From: Macrostomum lignano
Taxonomy: Eukaryota
Assembly (NCBI GenBank): GCA_002269645.1
Contig: NIVC01000507.1
Coordinates: forward strand, 186,001 to 250,000
Direction of reading: 5' to 3'
DNA length: 64,000 nt
Part shown: in pieces, positions 22,946-37,200 of the stretch
Layout: each line of letters starts with the position of its first letter
Position numbering within the stretch: position 1 is the first letter of the stretch
Made by a program: the position numbers and the translations under genes
The notes under the pieces: generated by a model
Database searches by the model: none
What the model was told of the DNA's origin: nothing
The model's input: only the letters and a program-made list of their open reading frames with translations

Positions 22946-23809
22946 CTTCACGTCTCATCGATATTTTGCTGACTGTTGAAACTTTTCGTCTAATAGCCAA
23001 ATCGGTAGAGGTATTCGAAAAAAAATAACAGCAAAACTGCCGCTGACTGTCAAGAAGAGACGGGAACAAACGACGGAGAGTTCCCAGGCTGTTGTCAGGC
23101 AAGAGAAATCTACATGCAGATCGCATATCTCAACGCTAAAATAATGAGATTAACTCCAAAGAAAACGCATCAAAGGAAACCGGGCATAACGAGCAGCCCG
23201 TAAAGCCATTCGCTTAATTACCATGCCCCCCCCCCCCCTATATTCAATTGATTGCAGCTTGCCATAAGGCAGCTATAAGACAACTGTGAAACCCCCGCCT
23301 CGGGTGAAGCGATCCGCACAACTTGCATTAGGCCTTATAGTCATCGCGTTGTTTATCCAAAGATTTGTTGTTGCAAAACTCGGCACGGAGAGAATCAGAA
23401 AAATGATTCGCCCCCGTAATCCTTTCACTCGAAGATGGCTAATTATTAAAGATTTTGAGCGGCCGCCTCGAGCCATCCGGTAATATACTGTAGCGCACAC
23501 CGCCGGTTAGCAACTACTCATTAATTTCGACTTTTTCAACAGATTGGCTAGTACAGCAGAATCCCATTTTTTTCGAGCTTTTCCATTTCAATTTCTTGTC
23601 AAAGAAGAGACGGCCAACGAGGGTGGGGGGGGCACAACTAGCAGTTGGGGAATCATCCAGGGGACGTCAAATGGGGGTCAGCTGCCCCCCCCCCACCCAC
23701 CCCAAAGTGCGTGAATTGACGCAAAAAATTTTTGGAACCTTGCATAGAAAAATAGAAAAAACATATTTCCGTGGTACGTGCAACAAAGCTATGATGGGAC
23801 ACAATAATA

Positions 23810-23810
23810 C

Positions 23811-23867
<57 letters not shown>

Positions 23868-24150
23868 GGCAGACAGACAGACAGACAGACAGAGAGACAG
23901 ACAAACAGACAGACTGACAGACAGACAGACACACAAACAGGCAGGCAGACAGGCAGGCAGACAGACAGACAGACAGCAGACAGGCAGACGGACAGACAGA
24001 TAGACAGCAGACAGACAGACAGACACACAAACAGGCAGACAGACAGACAGCAGACAGATAGACAGACACACAGACAGGCAGACAGACAGACAGACACACA
24101 AATAAGCAGGCAGACAGACAGACAGACAGACAGACAGAGAGACAGACAGA
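23810..24150. repeat. (AGAC)n microsatellite
   Basis: Read directly. Confidence 0.95.
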
Positions 24151-27071
24151 CGGAGATATGAAATTCCTGTCTAACCTCTACTAGTATTTTAGTTTCTGGA
24201 AGAATTTCATCATAGCGCCCAAAGAAGACAGAGCAAACTGCGTCAGTCGGTGAAATATCCAGTCGGACAATAAATATGTAGCATTGCATAGCGATTCGAA
24301 GAAGTAACTAAAATAAGAACAAAATTAAAACTTGTTGAACAAAAAACTACGTTCAGCGTTTGAGACTTTGATAATGACGAAAATAATAATAATAAAAGAA
24401 TAAAGCGACTGGTCTTTCACGTTGGATCTGCGCAGCCATCCAAGCCGTCTTTTGGCCATAAAAGAAGCCAGAAAAGTGGGGAAAGTAGCAATCCGATTTG
24501 GAAGAATAGCAGAAAAATAACTCCTCGAGGCACAAAGCAAAAAGATAGCAGCAGAAGCAGTAAAAAATTGCGCAGAATTAGAAAACTTTTTCCAACGATC
24601 TAATCAACTAATCGATCTAATCATCTAATCAAGCGAGGAAGCCGCCCTCCAGGAACTAGCCACCTGCACTAAAGTTTTGGCACCATTTGGCTAATACATA
24701 AATCCACCTGACTGACAAGACTGCCATCTGGCAAGTCGAGACTTATTTATATTCGTCTTTTTTCTTTTAAAAAAAGATATGCTAATTATTATTAGCTTCG
24801 ATTCGAAATCATAAATTAGGCCGACAGAAGGCAAAAAACTAGATAAAAAAGTTCACATCTAAGGCTTAAGCCAATGGACAGTGTCTGGATACAATTCAAT
24901 ACACAGCGATGACTGCACCAGTAGCTGCATTTCGTGTCTATACTCTGGATTCTCAAACAGAAAGATGCTTTATTATTAGGCTAAATTGAATTTGCCGAGC
25001 CTGGGCATCCATGACGATCCTCTTTTGGACGTATCTCTCCTGCAGTTAGTTCACTTAGACTAGATAGCCACCATGATCAAGTTAGCAGTTCCAACCAACC
25101 AATGCTCTGCTGCTTGCTGTATCAAATCAAGAACTTATTAACTCCCAAAGCCACACTGGCGACAGAGAGTTGGGCACCAAATTGCCGGCACCGCACTGCC
25201 GAACAGAGAGCAGAAAAAGGTGGCTCAAACACGACAAAGAAAGAATCTGTCGTGTTGCCCACAGCATCCAGGGGCAGAGTATAAATTAGATTTACAAATA
25301 ATCTTCCAGCTGAGATAGTTGAAGTGGTAGACATCAAAGACAGAAGATTTAACGCTGTTGCGAATAACAGCAGTTTATTATCAAAGAAGGGCCAGCGAAC
25401 GACAAACAGAAATGATACAATTTGCAAGGACCCGGGAGGTGGCAGCCAGGAGGCAAGCGAATAACAAAAAGGCCAGTTATTGCCATCCCGTTCTCGAAAA
25501 TCCAGAAAAAGGAGCGCCACTTTTAGTGACAACGGTGTCACTTGTGCTGCCGTCTTGAGAGATACTCTAAGGCAATATACTGAGCACAGATTATAACTTA
25601 AACTGAAATAGTTTTTGTTCGCTTTGTATCGTTCCCTTCTTGAGTTGAAATCTAGGTCGAGTTCAGCTGGGCGTACGAAATTGCAAAATGTATGCAGTAA
25701 CTATCAATTAGAACGAACGACAAGCAACAGGTTGATGTGCAGGCGCTCACAAAGAAAGACTGGAGTAGAGTTGAGAACGGCAAACGATGGGCCAACAAAG
25801 TTGCCATGCAAAATAGCTTTGCGCCTTAGCATGCCATTGCCAGTTGGCCTAAATTAGCTGGGGTACCCGAGCCGAACTGACGGCCGAAGAAATTTTGGAC
25901 AAAACAAGAAAGTGGCCGAGCAAGGGTTCATTGACAATCGGCAGCCAATACCACAGCCATAATAAGGCAATGGGCAAATCGGCCGATGCAAATTACTTTT
26001 TAGTCTCTTTCTTTTTGCGTTTGACGGCTTCTCATCATAATTTCCATCCGACGGCCTCATCTTCTGGCGCTGCTGGTTTCACTGTTTTCTGTTTTTTTTA
26101 TCGGCATTAGAGAATCGACCGCCTGCCCCAGCCTGTCTGACATGTGAAAGGAAAAGCGGCGCAAGTCATATGCAGCGGGATTTCCCAGGCACTCTGGCCG
26201 GGATCATTATATATTAGATGCGGGGATTTGCGAGAGCGCGCGGCCAATCCAGCCTGATAGCCGAAACGGGAGGCTTCTGCTTTTTCTTCCTTTTTCGGCT
26301 TCTATTTTTTTCTTCGATCGATTAGCTAAATAACGGCCTCGCTCAGGGCCGAGTGACGACTCGAGAAACAAAATGACAGGCCTTCGACAAGCCAAATAGC
26401 AGTAGCAGCAGAAGCAGCAAACAGGCAAAGCAAGCAAGCAAGCCGAGGAAAGCGAGACCGGCCCGATTTGTGCGTTTTAATTACATTGGAAATTAGCTGC
26501 GAAAAAGTTACTGAAATTACCGAGGGGCGGGAGAGTCGGGCCTAACAGAGAAAGGCAGCAGAACACAAAAGGAAGGGCCTAATTAAAAGTGTGGCAACTG
26601 AGTGAGAAAAAAACTGAATCCAAAGCTAAGAAATGGTAAACTAAGCTGGATGGAGAAAAGATTGCCATAACGAGAAAAGAATAGGACACGCGCCGAGACT
26701 AAAGGGAGGTGGGGGGGGGGGGTAGAGGTTAGGAAAAATCAAACGAAAAAGCAAAACTTCTCTTCAAATAAAAAGTCAGGCTACAGCTGACCCAAGAAGG
26801 CCCAACAAACAGGATCTGGAGTTTCAGTTTTCAAACACAAAAGTCAACGCAAATTCTGTTGTCAAGGTCATTTGCAAATGAGTCAAAATAATTTTTCTGA
26901 GTAAAATTTAATAATTTTAAAAGTTTTTTTTAATCGTAATAGTCGATTCGCTTACCAGGACGCAACACTGGCCTGTCCGATTCGAAACTTTCGACATGTA
27001 TAGTCTCGATTTTCATACCATCTGCTACATTTTAAAACTGAATAAATTCTACACAACTCCTGACAACATAA

Positions 27072-30000
27072 CCGCTTATCGATGATTACATTTCCCTCAG
27101 TTTCCGCTTATCGATGATTACATTTCCCTCAGTTTCCGCTTATCGATGATTACATTGCCCTCAGTTTCCGCTTATCGATGATTACATTGCCCTCAGTTTC
27201 CGCTTATCGATGATTACATTGCCCTCAGTTTCCGCTTATCGATGATTACATTGCCCTCAGTTTCCGCTTATCGATGATTACATTGCCCTCAGTTTCCGCT
27301 TATCGATGATTACATTGCCCTCAGTTTCCGCTTATCGATGATTACATTGCCCTCAGTTTCCGCTTATCGATGATTACATTTCCCTCAGTTTCCGCTTATC
27401 GATGATTACATTTCCCTCAGTTTCCGCTTATCAATGATTACATTTCCCTCAGTTTCCGCTTATCGATGATTACATTTCCCTCAGTTTCCGCTTATCGATG
27501 ATTACATTGCCCTCAGTTTCCGCTTATCGATGATTACATTGCCCTCAGTTTCCGCTTATCGATGATTACATTGCCCTCAGTTTCCGCTTATCGATGATTA
27601 CATTGCCCTCAGTTTCCGCTTATCGATGATTACATTGCCCTCAGTTTCCGCTTATCGATGATTACATTGCCCTCAGTTTCCGCTTATCGATGATTACATT
27701 GCCCTCAGTTTCCGCTTATCGATTATTACATTGCCCTCAGTTTCCGCTTATCGATGATTACATTGCCCTCAGTTTCCGCTTATCGATGATTACATTTCCC
27801 TCAGTTTCCGCTAATCGATTATTACATTACCCTCAGTTTCCGCTTATCAATGATTACATTTCCCTCAGTTTCCGCTTATCGATTGTTACATTACCCTCAG
27901 TTTCCGCTTTTCGATTATTACATTACCCTCAGTTTCCGCTTATCGATGATTACATTTCCCTCAGTTTCCGCTTATCAATGATTACATTTCCCTCAGTTTC
28001 CGCTTATCGATGATTACATTGCCCTCAGTTTCCGCTTATCGATGATTACATTTCCCTCAGTTTCCGCTTATCAATGATTACATTTCCCTCAGTTTCCGCT
28101 TATCGATGATTACATTTCCCTCAGTTTCCGCTTATCGATGATTACATTGCCCTCAGTTTCCGCTTATCGATGATTACATTGCCCTCAGTTTCCGCTTATC
28201 GATGATTACATTGCCCTCAGTTTCCGCTTATCGATGATTACATTGCCCTCAGTTTCCGCTTATCGATGATTACATTGCCCTCAGTTTCCGCTTATCGATG
28301 ATTACATTGCCCTCAGTTTCCGCTTATCGATGATTACATTTCCCTCAGTTTCCGCTTATCGATGATTACATTTCCCTCAGTTTCCGCTTATCGATGATTA
28401 CATTTCCCTCAGTTTCCGCTTATCGATGATTACATTTCCCTCAGTTTCCGCTTATCAATGATTACATTTCCCTCAGTTTCCGCTTATCGATGATTACATT
28501 TCCCTCAGTTTCCGCTTATCGATGATTACATTGCCCTCAGTTTCCGCTTATCGATGATTACATTGCCCTCAGTTTCCGCTTATCGATGATTACATTGCCC
28601 TCAGTTTCCGCTTATCGATGATTACATTGCCCTCAGTTTCCGCTTATCGATGATTACATTGCCCTCAGTTTCCGCTTATCGATGATTACATTGCCCTCAG
28701 TTTCCGCTTATCGATGATTACATTGCCCTCAGTTTCCGCTTATCGATGATTACATTGCCCTCAGTTTCCGCTTATCGATGATTACATTGCCCTCAGTTTC
28801 CGCTTATCGATGATTACATTTCCCTCAGTTTCCGCTTATCAATGATTACATTTCCCTCAGTTTCCGCTTATCGATGATTACATTGCCCTCAGTTTCCGCT
28901 TATCGATGATTACATTTCCCTCAGTTTCCGCTTATCAATGATTACATTTCCCTCAGTTTCCGCTTATCGATGATTACATTTCCCTCAGTTTCCGCTTATC
29001 GATGATTACATTGCCCTCAGTTTCCGCTTATCGATGATTACATTGCCCTCAGTTTCCGCTTATCGATGATTACATTGCCCTCAGTTTCCGCTTATCGATG
29101 ATTACATTGCCCTCAGTTTCCGCTTATCGATGATTACATTGCCCTCAGTTTCCGCTTATCGATGATTACATTGCCCTCAGTTTCCGCTTATCGATGATTA
29201 CATTGCCCTCAGTTTCCGCTTATCGATGATTACATTGCCCTCAGTTTCCGCTTATCGATGATTACATTGCCCTCAGTTTCCGCTTATCGATGATTACATT
29301 TCCCTCAGTTTCCGCTTATCAATGATTACATTTCCCTCAGTTTCCGCTTATCGATTGTTACATTACCCTCAGTTTCCGCTTTTCGATTATTACATTACCC
29401 TCAGTTTCCGCTTATCGATGATTACATTTCCCTCAGTTTCCGCTTATCAATGATTACATTTCCCTCAGTTTCCGCTTATCGATGATTACATTGCCCTCAG
29501 TTTCCGCTTATCGATGATTACATTTCCCTCAGTTTCCGCTTATCAATGATTACATTTCCCTCAGTTTCCGCTTATCGATGATTACATTTCCCTCAGTTTC
29601 CGCTTATCGATGATTACATTGCCCTCAGTTTCCGCTTATCGATGATTACATTGCCCTCAGTTTCCGCTTATCGATGATTACATTGCCCTCAGTTTCCGCT
29701 TATCGATGATTACATTGCCCTCAGTTTCCGCTTATCGATGATTACATTGCCCTCAGTTTCCGCTTATCGATGATTACATTGCCCTCAGTTTCCGCTTATC
29801 GATGATTACATTGCCCTCAGTTTCCGCTTATCGATGATTACATTGCCCTCAGTTTCCGCTTATCGATGATTACATTGCCCTCAGTTTCCGCTTATCGATG
29901 ATTACATTGCCCTCAGTTTCCGCTAATCGATGATTACATTGCCCTCAGTTTCCGCTAATCGATGATTACATTTCCCTCAGTTTCCGCTTATCGATGATTA

Positions 30001-30335
30001 CATTTCCCTCAGTTTCCGCTTATCGATGATTACATTTCCCTCAGTTTCCGCTTATCAATGATTACATTTCCCTCAGTTTCCGCTTATCGATGATTACATT
30101 TCCCTCAGTTTCCGCTTATCGATGATTACATTGCCCTCAGTTTCCGCTTATCGATGATTACATTGCCCTCAGTTTCCGCTTATCGATGATTACATTGCCC
30201 TCAGTTTCCGCTTATCGATGATTACATTGCCCTCAGTTTCCGCTTATCGATGATTACATTGCCCTCAGTTTCCGCTTATCGATGATTACATTGCCCTCAG
30301 TTTCCGCTTATCGATTATTACACAGCACTCAGTTT
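27072..30335. repeat. 32-bp satellite (CCGCTTATCGATGATTACATTGCCCTCAGTTT)n, ~100 copies
   Basis: Units start at 27072 and 27104; highly homogeneous. Confidence 0.97.
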
Positions 30336-31259
30336 AGGTATTGATTTTAAAGAAAAGTTGTCGTTTTAAAGTCGATAAAAATGCAGATAATTTTTTTTAG
30401 TTGAGAAACTTTTTAAAAGCTTAATTAATGTTTTTCGTAGCTACTTTGTTGTTGTATTCTGATGAGGCTTCGGGAATTGGTATTGGCACGCCCAGACTCT
30501 GACTTGCCCTTTTCCTATATGCAAACCTCAACCTTCAACCTCAGTTACAGAGATTTTCTGTTGACTAAAAGCCAACAATCAAACAAAGCAGAGAGAAATC
30601 TCCTGTATCCATTTACAATCCAAGACATCAAGTCGGCAAAATCCCTACCTGACCGACAATGTCTGACAGCCACCTGACAGAGGCAAACAAACTAAACAGA
30701 AGAAACGAATCCTGCAGAGAGCAAACTGTTTGAATTTATGCATAGACTCAAGGCATCAAAATTTTAGCTTCAATTTTGAGCTTGAGCTCAAGGAAAGCGA
30801 GCTAGAAAAACTACTGAACAACCAAAATCTTATTAAAAAAGAGCCAAGCGTTTTCTGAAGTTGATTCTTCGCTAATTTTCTAAATAGATCCGAGATAGGT
30901 AAACAAAATATAAACTGACGGCGGAAACAGTTAGCGTGGCGTTACATCTCTTTTTTCTGCAACACTTTCAGCAGAAAAGCAGAAATTGATACTAAAAAAA
31001 ACAACACTGTAAACAGGGGGACCCACCTCGGATGGGGTGGCAATGGCGCGCATGACTAATCGTACATGCACAGCACTTCACAGCAGGCAGATCAGACAGT
31101 TGGTTACAATGGTTCCTATGTAAATAAATGGCTGATAGAGATTGGAAACAGACACTTAACCTTTGGATACAGAAATGAATAGAAACTGACTAAAGAACTA
31201 ACGATTCAACATTTTAAGGCGATAATATAAGTTACAGATAGACAGAAGGGCAGAACAAT

Positions 31260-31505
31260 AGACAGACAGACAGATACGAGTAATATGACAGAAAGACAGA
31301 CGCAAAGACACAGACAGACAGACAGACAGACACAAAGACACAGACAGACATACAGAAAGACAGACACAAAGACACAGACAGACATACAGAAAGACAGACA
31401 CAAAGACACAGACAGACAGACACAAAGACAGAGACAGACATGCAGAAAGACAGACACAAAGACACAGAGTCACAGACAGACACAAAGACACAGACAGACA
31501 TACAG
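31260..31505. repeat. AGAC/ACAAAG compound microsatellite
   Basis: Read directly. Confidence 0.9.
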
Positions 31506-32034
31506 AAACTGCTCTGGCTAAGAAAAAAGCAGAAAAATCAGAAGCAGGAACCAAAGAAGCAAAGAAGCGGCCAAGGAACAGAAGCAACAAGAGAAGCAAG
31601 TGCAGCCGAGATGCTCAGTCATTATCAGCGTCAACAAAAAGCCAACGAAAGCATCAGCAGAATCGGTCAGTATCCGTCGCCAATACGATTACCAAAAAAT
31701 GATGGATATGACGAGAGATGTCGGCCAACTCTCGCGGGCAATCCGCTCTGCTTTGTTGTTGGCGCATTCCAACAAGATCTCTGGCATAGGACGGTGGCAT
31801 ATTATACACGAAATCTTCCATCTTAATCTAAATAGAAAGTGGCCTGATTCAGCCAGAGTGGCATAGAGACGGGTGGGAGCAAGTAAACAGTATTCATATG
31901 GATATCCGAAGCGATTCTACACTTATCCCGATAACAAGTGCATTGCAACAGGATTTCGTAGACACGTGTAGCAATTATTCATTCGTAATATCCCACAGAA
32001 ATAATTGTAATGATTGCTGTTGCCATAGACTGTT

Positions 32035-32545
32035 ACACCGCCCTCAATTACCGCCCCACTCGATTATTACACCGCCCTCAGTTTCCGCCCCTCGATTATT
32101 ACACCGCCATCAGTTTCCGCCCCTCAATTATTACACCGCCATCAGTTTCCGCCCCTAGATTATTACACCGCCATCAGTTTCCGCCCCTCGATTATTACAC
32201 CGCCATCAGTTTCCGCCCCTCGATTATTACACCGCCATCAGTTTCCGCCCCTCGATTATTACACCGCCATCAGTTTCCGCCCCTCGATTATTACACCGCC
32301 ATCAGTTTCCGCCCCTCGATTATTACACCGCTATCAGTTTTCGCCCCTCAATTATTACACCGCCCTCAGTTTCCGCCCCTCGATTATTACACCGCCATCA
32401 GTTTCCGCCCCTCAATTATTACACCGCCATCAGTTTCCGCCCCTAGATTATTACACCGCCATCAGTTTCCGCCCCTCGATTATTACACCTATATCAGATT
32501 CCGCCCCTTAAATTATTGCACCATCTTCAGTTTCCGCCTTTTGAT
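32035..32545. repeat. 32-bp minisatellite (CCGCCCCTCGATTATTACACCGCCATCAGTTT)n, ~15 copies
   Basis: Direct periodicity; 25/32 identical to the 27-30 kb unit. Confidence 0.93.
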
Positions 32546-33379
32546 TATTTAAACCTCGGTTGTATTAGCTACCTAAGCTATCAGGTGAAAAAATGTTTAG
32601 ACATTCAAAAAAACCTGAGACTGGACTCAAAAAGGAGATTAATTTATAATAAAAACTAAATTAGAATCCAGGTACAACTTAGATAAGGGAAGAAAAGAAA
32701 CGGATAAAAAAGTCCACCTGCAAGAATCATGACAGAAATATTAGACACGAATATCATAACAAAGACCATTTAGCTTCGCATAGAAAAAGTCATTGAAAAA
32801 AAGACAGGATTTACCCCAACACACAACGCTGATCAGAGGGGTGAACTCAAAAACGAAGCCTTTAAAAGCAGACTAAGCCAGACGCCTGTTAAATGAAGCA
32901 AACTTACCTAAGTAATAGGACGCGCTTCTGCTGGTGGGGCGGCCTATTTTAACCATCAGCCCCCCCCCCCCTGCGCTCTGACTAAAGAATAAAGCAATTA
33001 AACCGCGAGACTGGAGAGTTTCGGGCCAGGGGGGGCATTAAAGACTCAAGACAGGCAAGCAATACGATAGCCATGGTGATGATTTTTTGTTGCTTTTTGT
33101 GCATTTCACGCATCAATAGCGAATTGAGAGCGCAGGCCAGGCGTCCATGGGGCGGTACGGGTTCCAAACTGATCAAGTTTTATTATTTAAACTGCAATCT
33201 TATTCTAGTCAAAAAAATCTATGCCTGAATGCCATGCCGGCAGCTGGGGACAATGCGATTCGCCTCGACGCAATGGTGAATTAAATTTCTAGGGGTCAAA
33301 GAGCTACACCACCTTAAATCGTGACATTAATCAGATAGTGCTGGTTGGTGAATGTTAATCAGGTGAGTGAAACATAGGG

Positions 33380-34180
33380 GATTCGTGAATGAAGTTCTGT
33401 TCAGTAAATGAAGTTCAGTTCGGTGAATGAAGTTCTGGTCAGTGAATGAAGTTCAGTTCAGTGAATGAAGCTTTGGTTGGTGAATGAAGTTCTGGACAGT
33501 GAATGAAGTTCTGGTCAGTGAATGAAGCTCTGTTTGGTGAATGAAGTTCTGGTTGGTGAATCAAAATCTGGTTAGTGAATGAAGTTCTGGTCAGTGAATG
33601 AAGTTCTGGTCAGTGAATGAAGCTCTGTTTGGTGAATGAAGTTCTGGTTGGTGAATCAAAATCGGGTTGGTGAATGAAGATTGGATCGGTGAATGAAGTT
33701 CAGGTTGGTGAATCAAAATCTGGTTAGTGAATGAAGTTCAGGTTGGTGAATCAAAATCTGGTTAGAGAATGAAGTTCAGGTTGGTGAATCAAAATCTGGT
33801 TAGTGAATGAAGATCGGGTCGGTGAATGAAGTTCTGGTTGGTGAATCAAAATCTGGTTGGTGAATGAAGATTGGATCGGTGAATGAAGTTCAGGTTGGTG
33901 AATCAAAATCTGGTTAGTGAATGAAGTTCAGGTTGGTGAATCAAAATCTGGTTAGTGAATGAAGATCGGGTCGGTGAATGAAGTTCTGGTTGGTGAATCA
34001 AAATCTGGTTAGTGAATGAAGATCGGGTCGGTGAATGAAGTTCTGGTTGGTGAATGAAACTCTGGTTGGTGAATGAAGATCGGATCGGTGAATGAAGTTC
34101 TGGTTGATGAATAGAGATCGGATTGGTGAATGAAGGTCCGGTTGGTGAATGATACTTGGATTGGTGAATGAACTGACTGG
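33380..34180. repeat. 19-bp degenerate minisatellite (GGTGAATGAAGTTCTGGTT)n with 38-bp dimers
   Basis: Read directly. Confidence 0.9.
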
Positions 34181-34255
34181 TGAAGGTTATTTAACATTAT
34201 TTTTACAACCGGAAAACCTTTATCAAAAGACAAAGAAAAAGCCAAGAAAACTCAC

Positions 34256-37200
34256 CGTTCATTTCCCGTCGAATGACATCAACAGGAAATGGCGAAGTGA
34301 ACTGGAAATAGTTCAACTGGTGCATGACAGACTGCTGATGATGATGATCTGACGAAGCCGCAGAACCCGGAGCTGGCGGAGGCGATATCTCGTAGCCATT
34401 AAGCCGCAGCATCTCCATGGTGACGGCCATCATAGCTGGGCTGCATTGGAATTTAAAATGTCTCGGATTAATGCAGAGCTCATCTTCGCACCTGTGCACT
34501 AACAGGTTGGTATCGGTGCTGTCCATTGGGACGCCGTGGAACAGGATGGCAACCAGGGTGTCGAGACGCCACACCTTGTCGGAGCCGCGCAGACCATCGA
34601 TGCGTTTCATTTTGCCTTTGCCATCTGGCACAGTCAGCACGCAGCTGGTGTCGTCGCATTCTAACCAGACTCGAATGAATGCCGCTTTGTAATCGTCTTG
34701 AATCTCTTTGAATATCTTTTTTAGTAGATTGGCAACTATGTCGGCTAGCTCAGTGTCGGTCATATCCTGTCAGAATTGCGACGATTGAAAAAAGTAGTCA
34801 TACACTCACACAGGGTATACAGCGGCCCTGACTTTGTAATCGTCTATACAGTGGAGAATATGGAGAGTGCTGTCTATGGCAGCGAGTGGACAATATGGAG
34901 TTCTGTCTATGGCAGCGAGTGGAGAATATGGAGAGTGCTGTCTATGGTAGCGAGTGGAGAATATGGAGAGTGCTGTCTATGGCAGCGAGTGGAGAATATG
35001 GAGAGTGCTGTCTATGGCAGCGAGTGGAGAATATGGAGAGTGCTGTCTATGGTAGCGAGTGGAGAATATGGAGAGTGCTGTCTATGGCAGCGAGTGGACA
35101 ATATGGAGAGTGCTGTCTATGGCATCGAGTGGAGAATATGGAGAGTGTTGTCTATGACAGCGAGTGGAGAATATGGAGAGTGTTGTCTATGGCAGCGAGT
35201 GGAGAATATGGAGAGTTCTGTCTATGGCAGCGAGTGGACAATATGGAGAGTGCTGTCTATGGCAGCGAGTGGACAATATGGAGTTCTGTCTATGGCAGCG
35301 AGTGGAGAATATGGAGAGTGCTGTCTATGGTAGCGAGTGGAGAATATGGAGAGTGTTTTCTATGGCAGAGAGTGGAGAATATGGAGAGTGCTGTCTATGG
35401 CAGCGAGTGGAGAATATGGAGAGTGTTGTCTATGGCAGAGAGTGGAGAATATGGAGAGTGCTGTCTATGGCAGCGAGTGGAGAATATGGAGAGTGCTGTC
35501 TATGGTAGCGAGTGGAGAATATGGAGAGTGCTGTCTATGGCAGCGAGTGGAGAATATGGAGAGTGCTGTCTATGGCAGCGAGTGGAGAATATGGAGAGTG
35601 CTGTCTATGGCAGCGAGTGGAGAATATGGAGAGTTCTGTCTATGGCAGAGAGTGGAGAATATGGAGAGTGCTGTCTATGGCAGCGAGTGGAGAATATGGA
35701 GAGTGTTGTCTATGGCAGCGAGTGGAGAATATGGAGAGTGCTGTCTATGGCAGCGAGTGGAGAATATGGAGAGTGTTGTCTATGGCAGCGAGTGGAGAAT
35801 ATGGAGAGTTCTGTCTATGGCAGCGAGTGGAGAATATGGAGAGTGCTGTCTATGGCATCGAGCGGAGAATATGGAGAGTGCTGCTGTATAATCAGATAAA
35901 GGTTCACTGTTGTCTGCATGTTGTCTATGGCCTAACCCCCTATCTCTGCTCTGCAGCCTTCAAACTTTGTTGAATGTCTAATTCTACACAATAAGTGACT
36001 CGTTATCTTAAAAAAATTGTCAGGCCATAAAACAGGGGTCCTGTTGTTACATCCGCATTTATGCTTACCATAGCAGCATCTGACGCCTCATTCAAGCGGG
36101 CATAGTCCGACTGTTTGAATATTCGCTTCTTTTCTTTCTTCTTCTTGCCAGTTCGGATGTGCGACACCGCTTTGTACCAGCGGCCGCCCATACGGCGTAC
36201 GCGGCGCATGCACAGCATTATGACGATATTTTCGCCGAGCTTCGGCGGGCACCGGCCGACGCCGCCGCCGCCGCCACTGCTACGATGCTGCCGCTGATGA
36301 CTAAGCGGCCCGGCGGCTGACGTTGACGACAAAGACGAAGATGGCGGCATAGCTGGAGATGCCAGTTGTTGTTGATGAAGCTGCTGATGATGATAGTTCA
36401 TGCGGTGATGATGAGGATGAGGATGAGGATGCTGCTGCTGCTGTGAATGATGCTGATGCTGAATATGATGCGGGAAATGATGATGCTGTTGATGCTGATG
36501 CTGCGGTGGCGGCGGCGGCAGAGGCGGAAGCGACGGCGGAAGCCCCGGATGATGCTGTTGTTGATGAGGATGATGATGCAGCGGCGGTCCCGGCGGAGGT
36601 CCAGCCAGATGGTGCGGCGCTCCGCCGGCACCAGCGGCGGCAGCGGCAGCGGCGGCGGCAGCGGCAGCAGCAGAATAAGGCGAAGCTGCGCCCTGGTCCA
36701 ACAGCGGGTGCGAATGCGCACCCATCTGGAAGCAGAGCATTTTTATTCAATTTGAGAACTGTTGAGCTCTCTATAACTATTGCTTCTTCTTCAACTTTCG
36801 GATTGGGAGAGAGGATAAAATAAGAATCAAACTAATGGCGGTGAATTGATGGCTTTTAAACAGCTGGCAATAATTTACTTAGCTAAATTTGCAGCGAGCA
36901 ATCAGTTCTAGTAGGAGTGAGGAGGGAATTATAACGACACACAGTGATGGCTTCCAGTCTCTCCGGTAAAAAAACAGAAGATAGCAGCAGCGCGAGAAAT
37001 TAATGAGCCGAAGTTTGATATATATATCGGGTCTGTGCAATAAAACAGCGAGTTGAGTGAGGTCAGCGACAGGAGGGAATATATATAAGCCTATATAAAT
37101 CTCTATCGCTCAAGAATCTATATGGGGTGGCAGAGAGACAGTTAAGAAACAGCCAGGCAATAATTATGGAATCGTCGATGGAATATAGCAACTTTTTAAG

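Noticed and set aside
27072-30335. CRISPR-like array (32-bp repeat)
   Set aside because: The units are head-to-tail with no unique spacers, there are no cas genes, and the context is eukaryotic.
31655-31830. Extra NFI-like exon (IKMEDFVYNMPPSY..HHFL) in the long intron
   Set aside because: It reads open only from a phase-0 acceptor; joining it to the phase-1 donor at 34256 gives an immediate stop, and there is no homology support.
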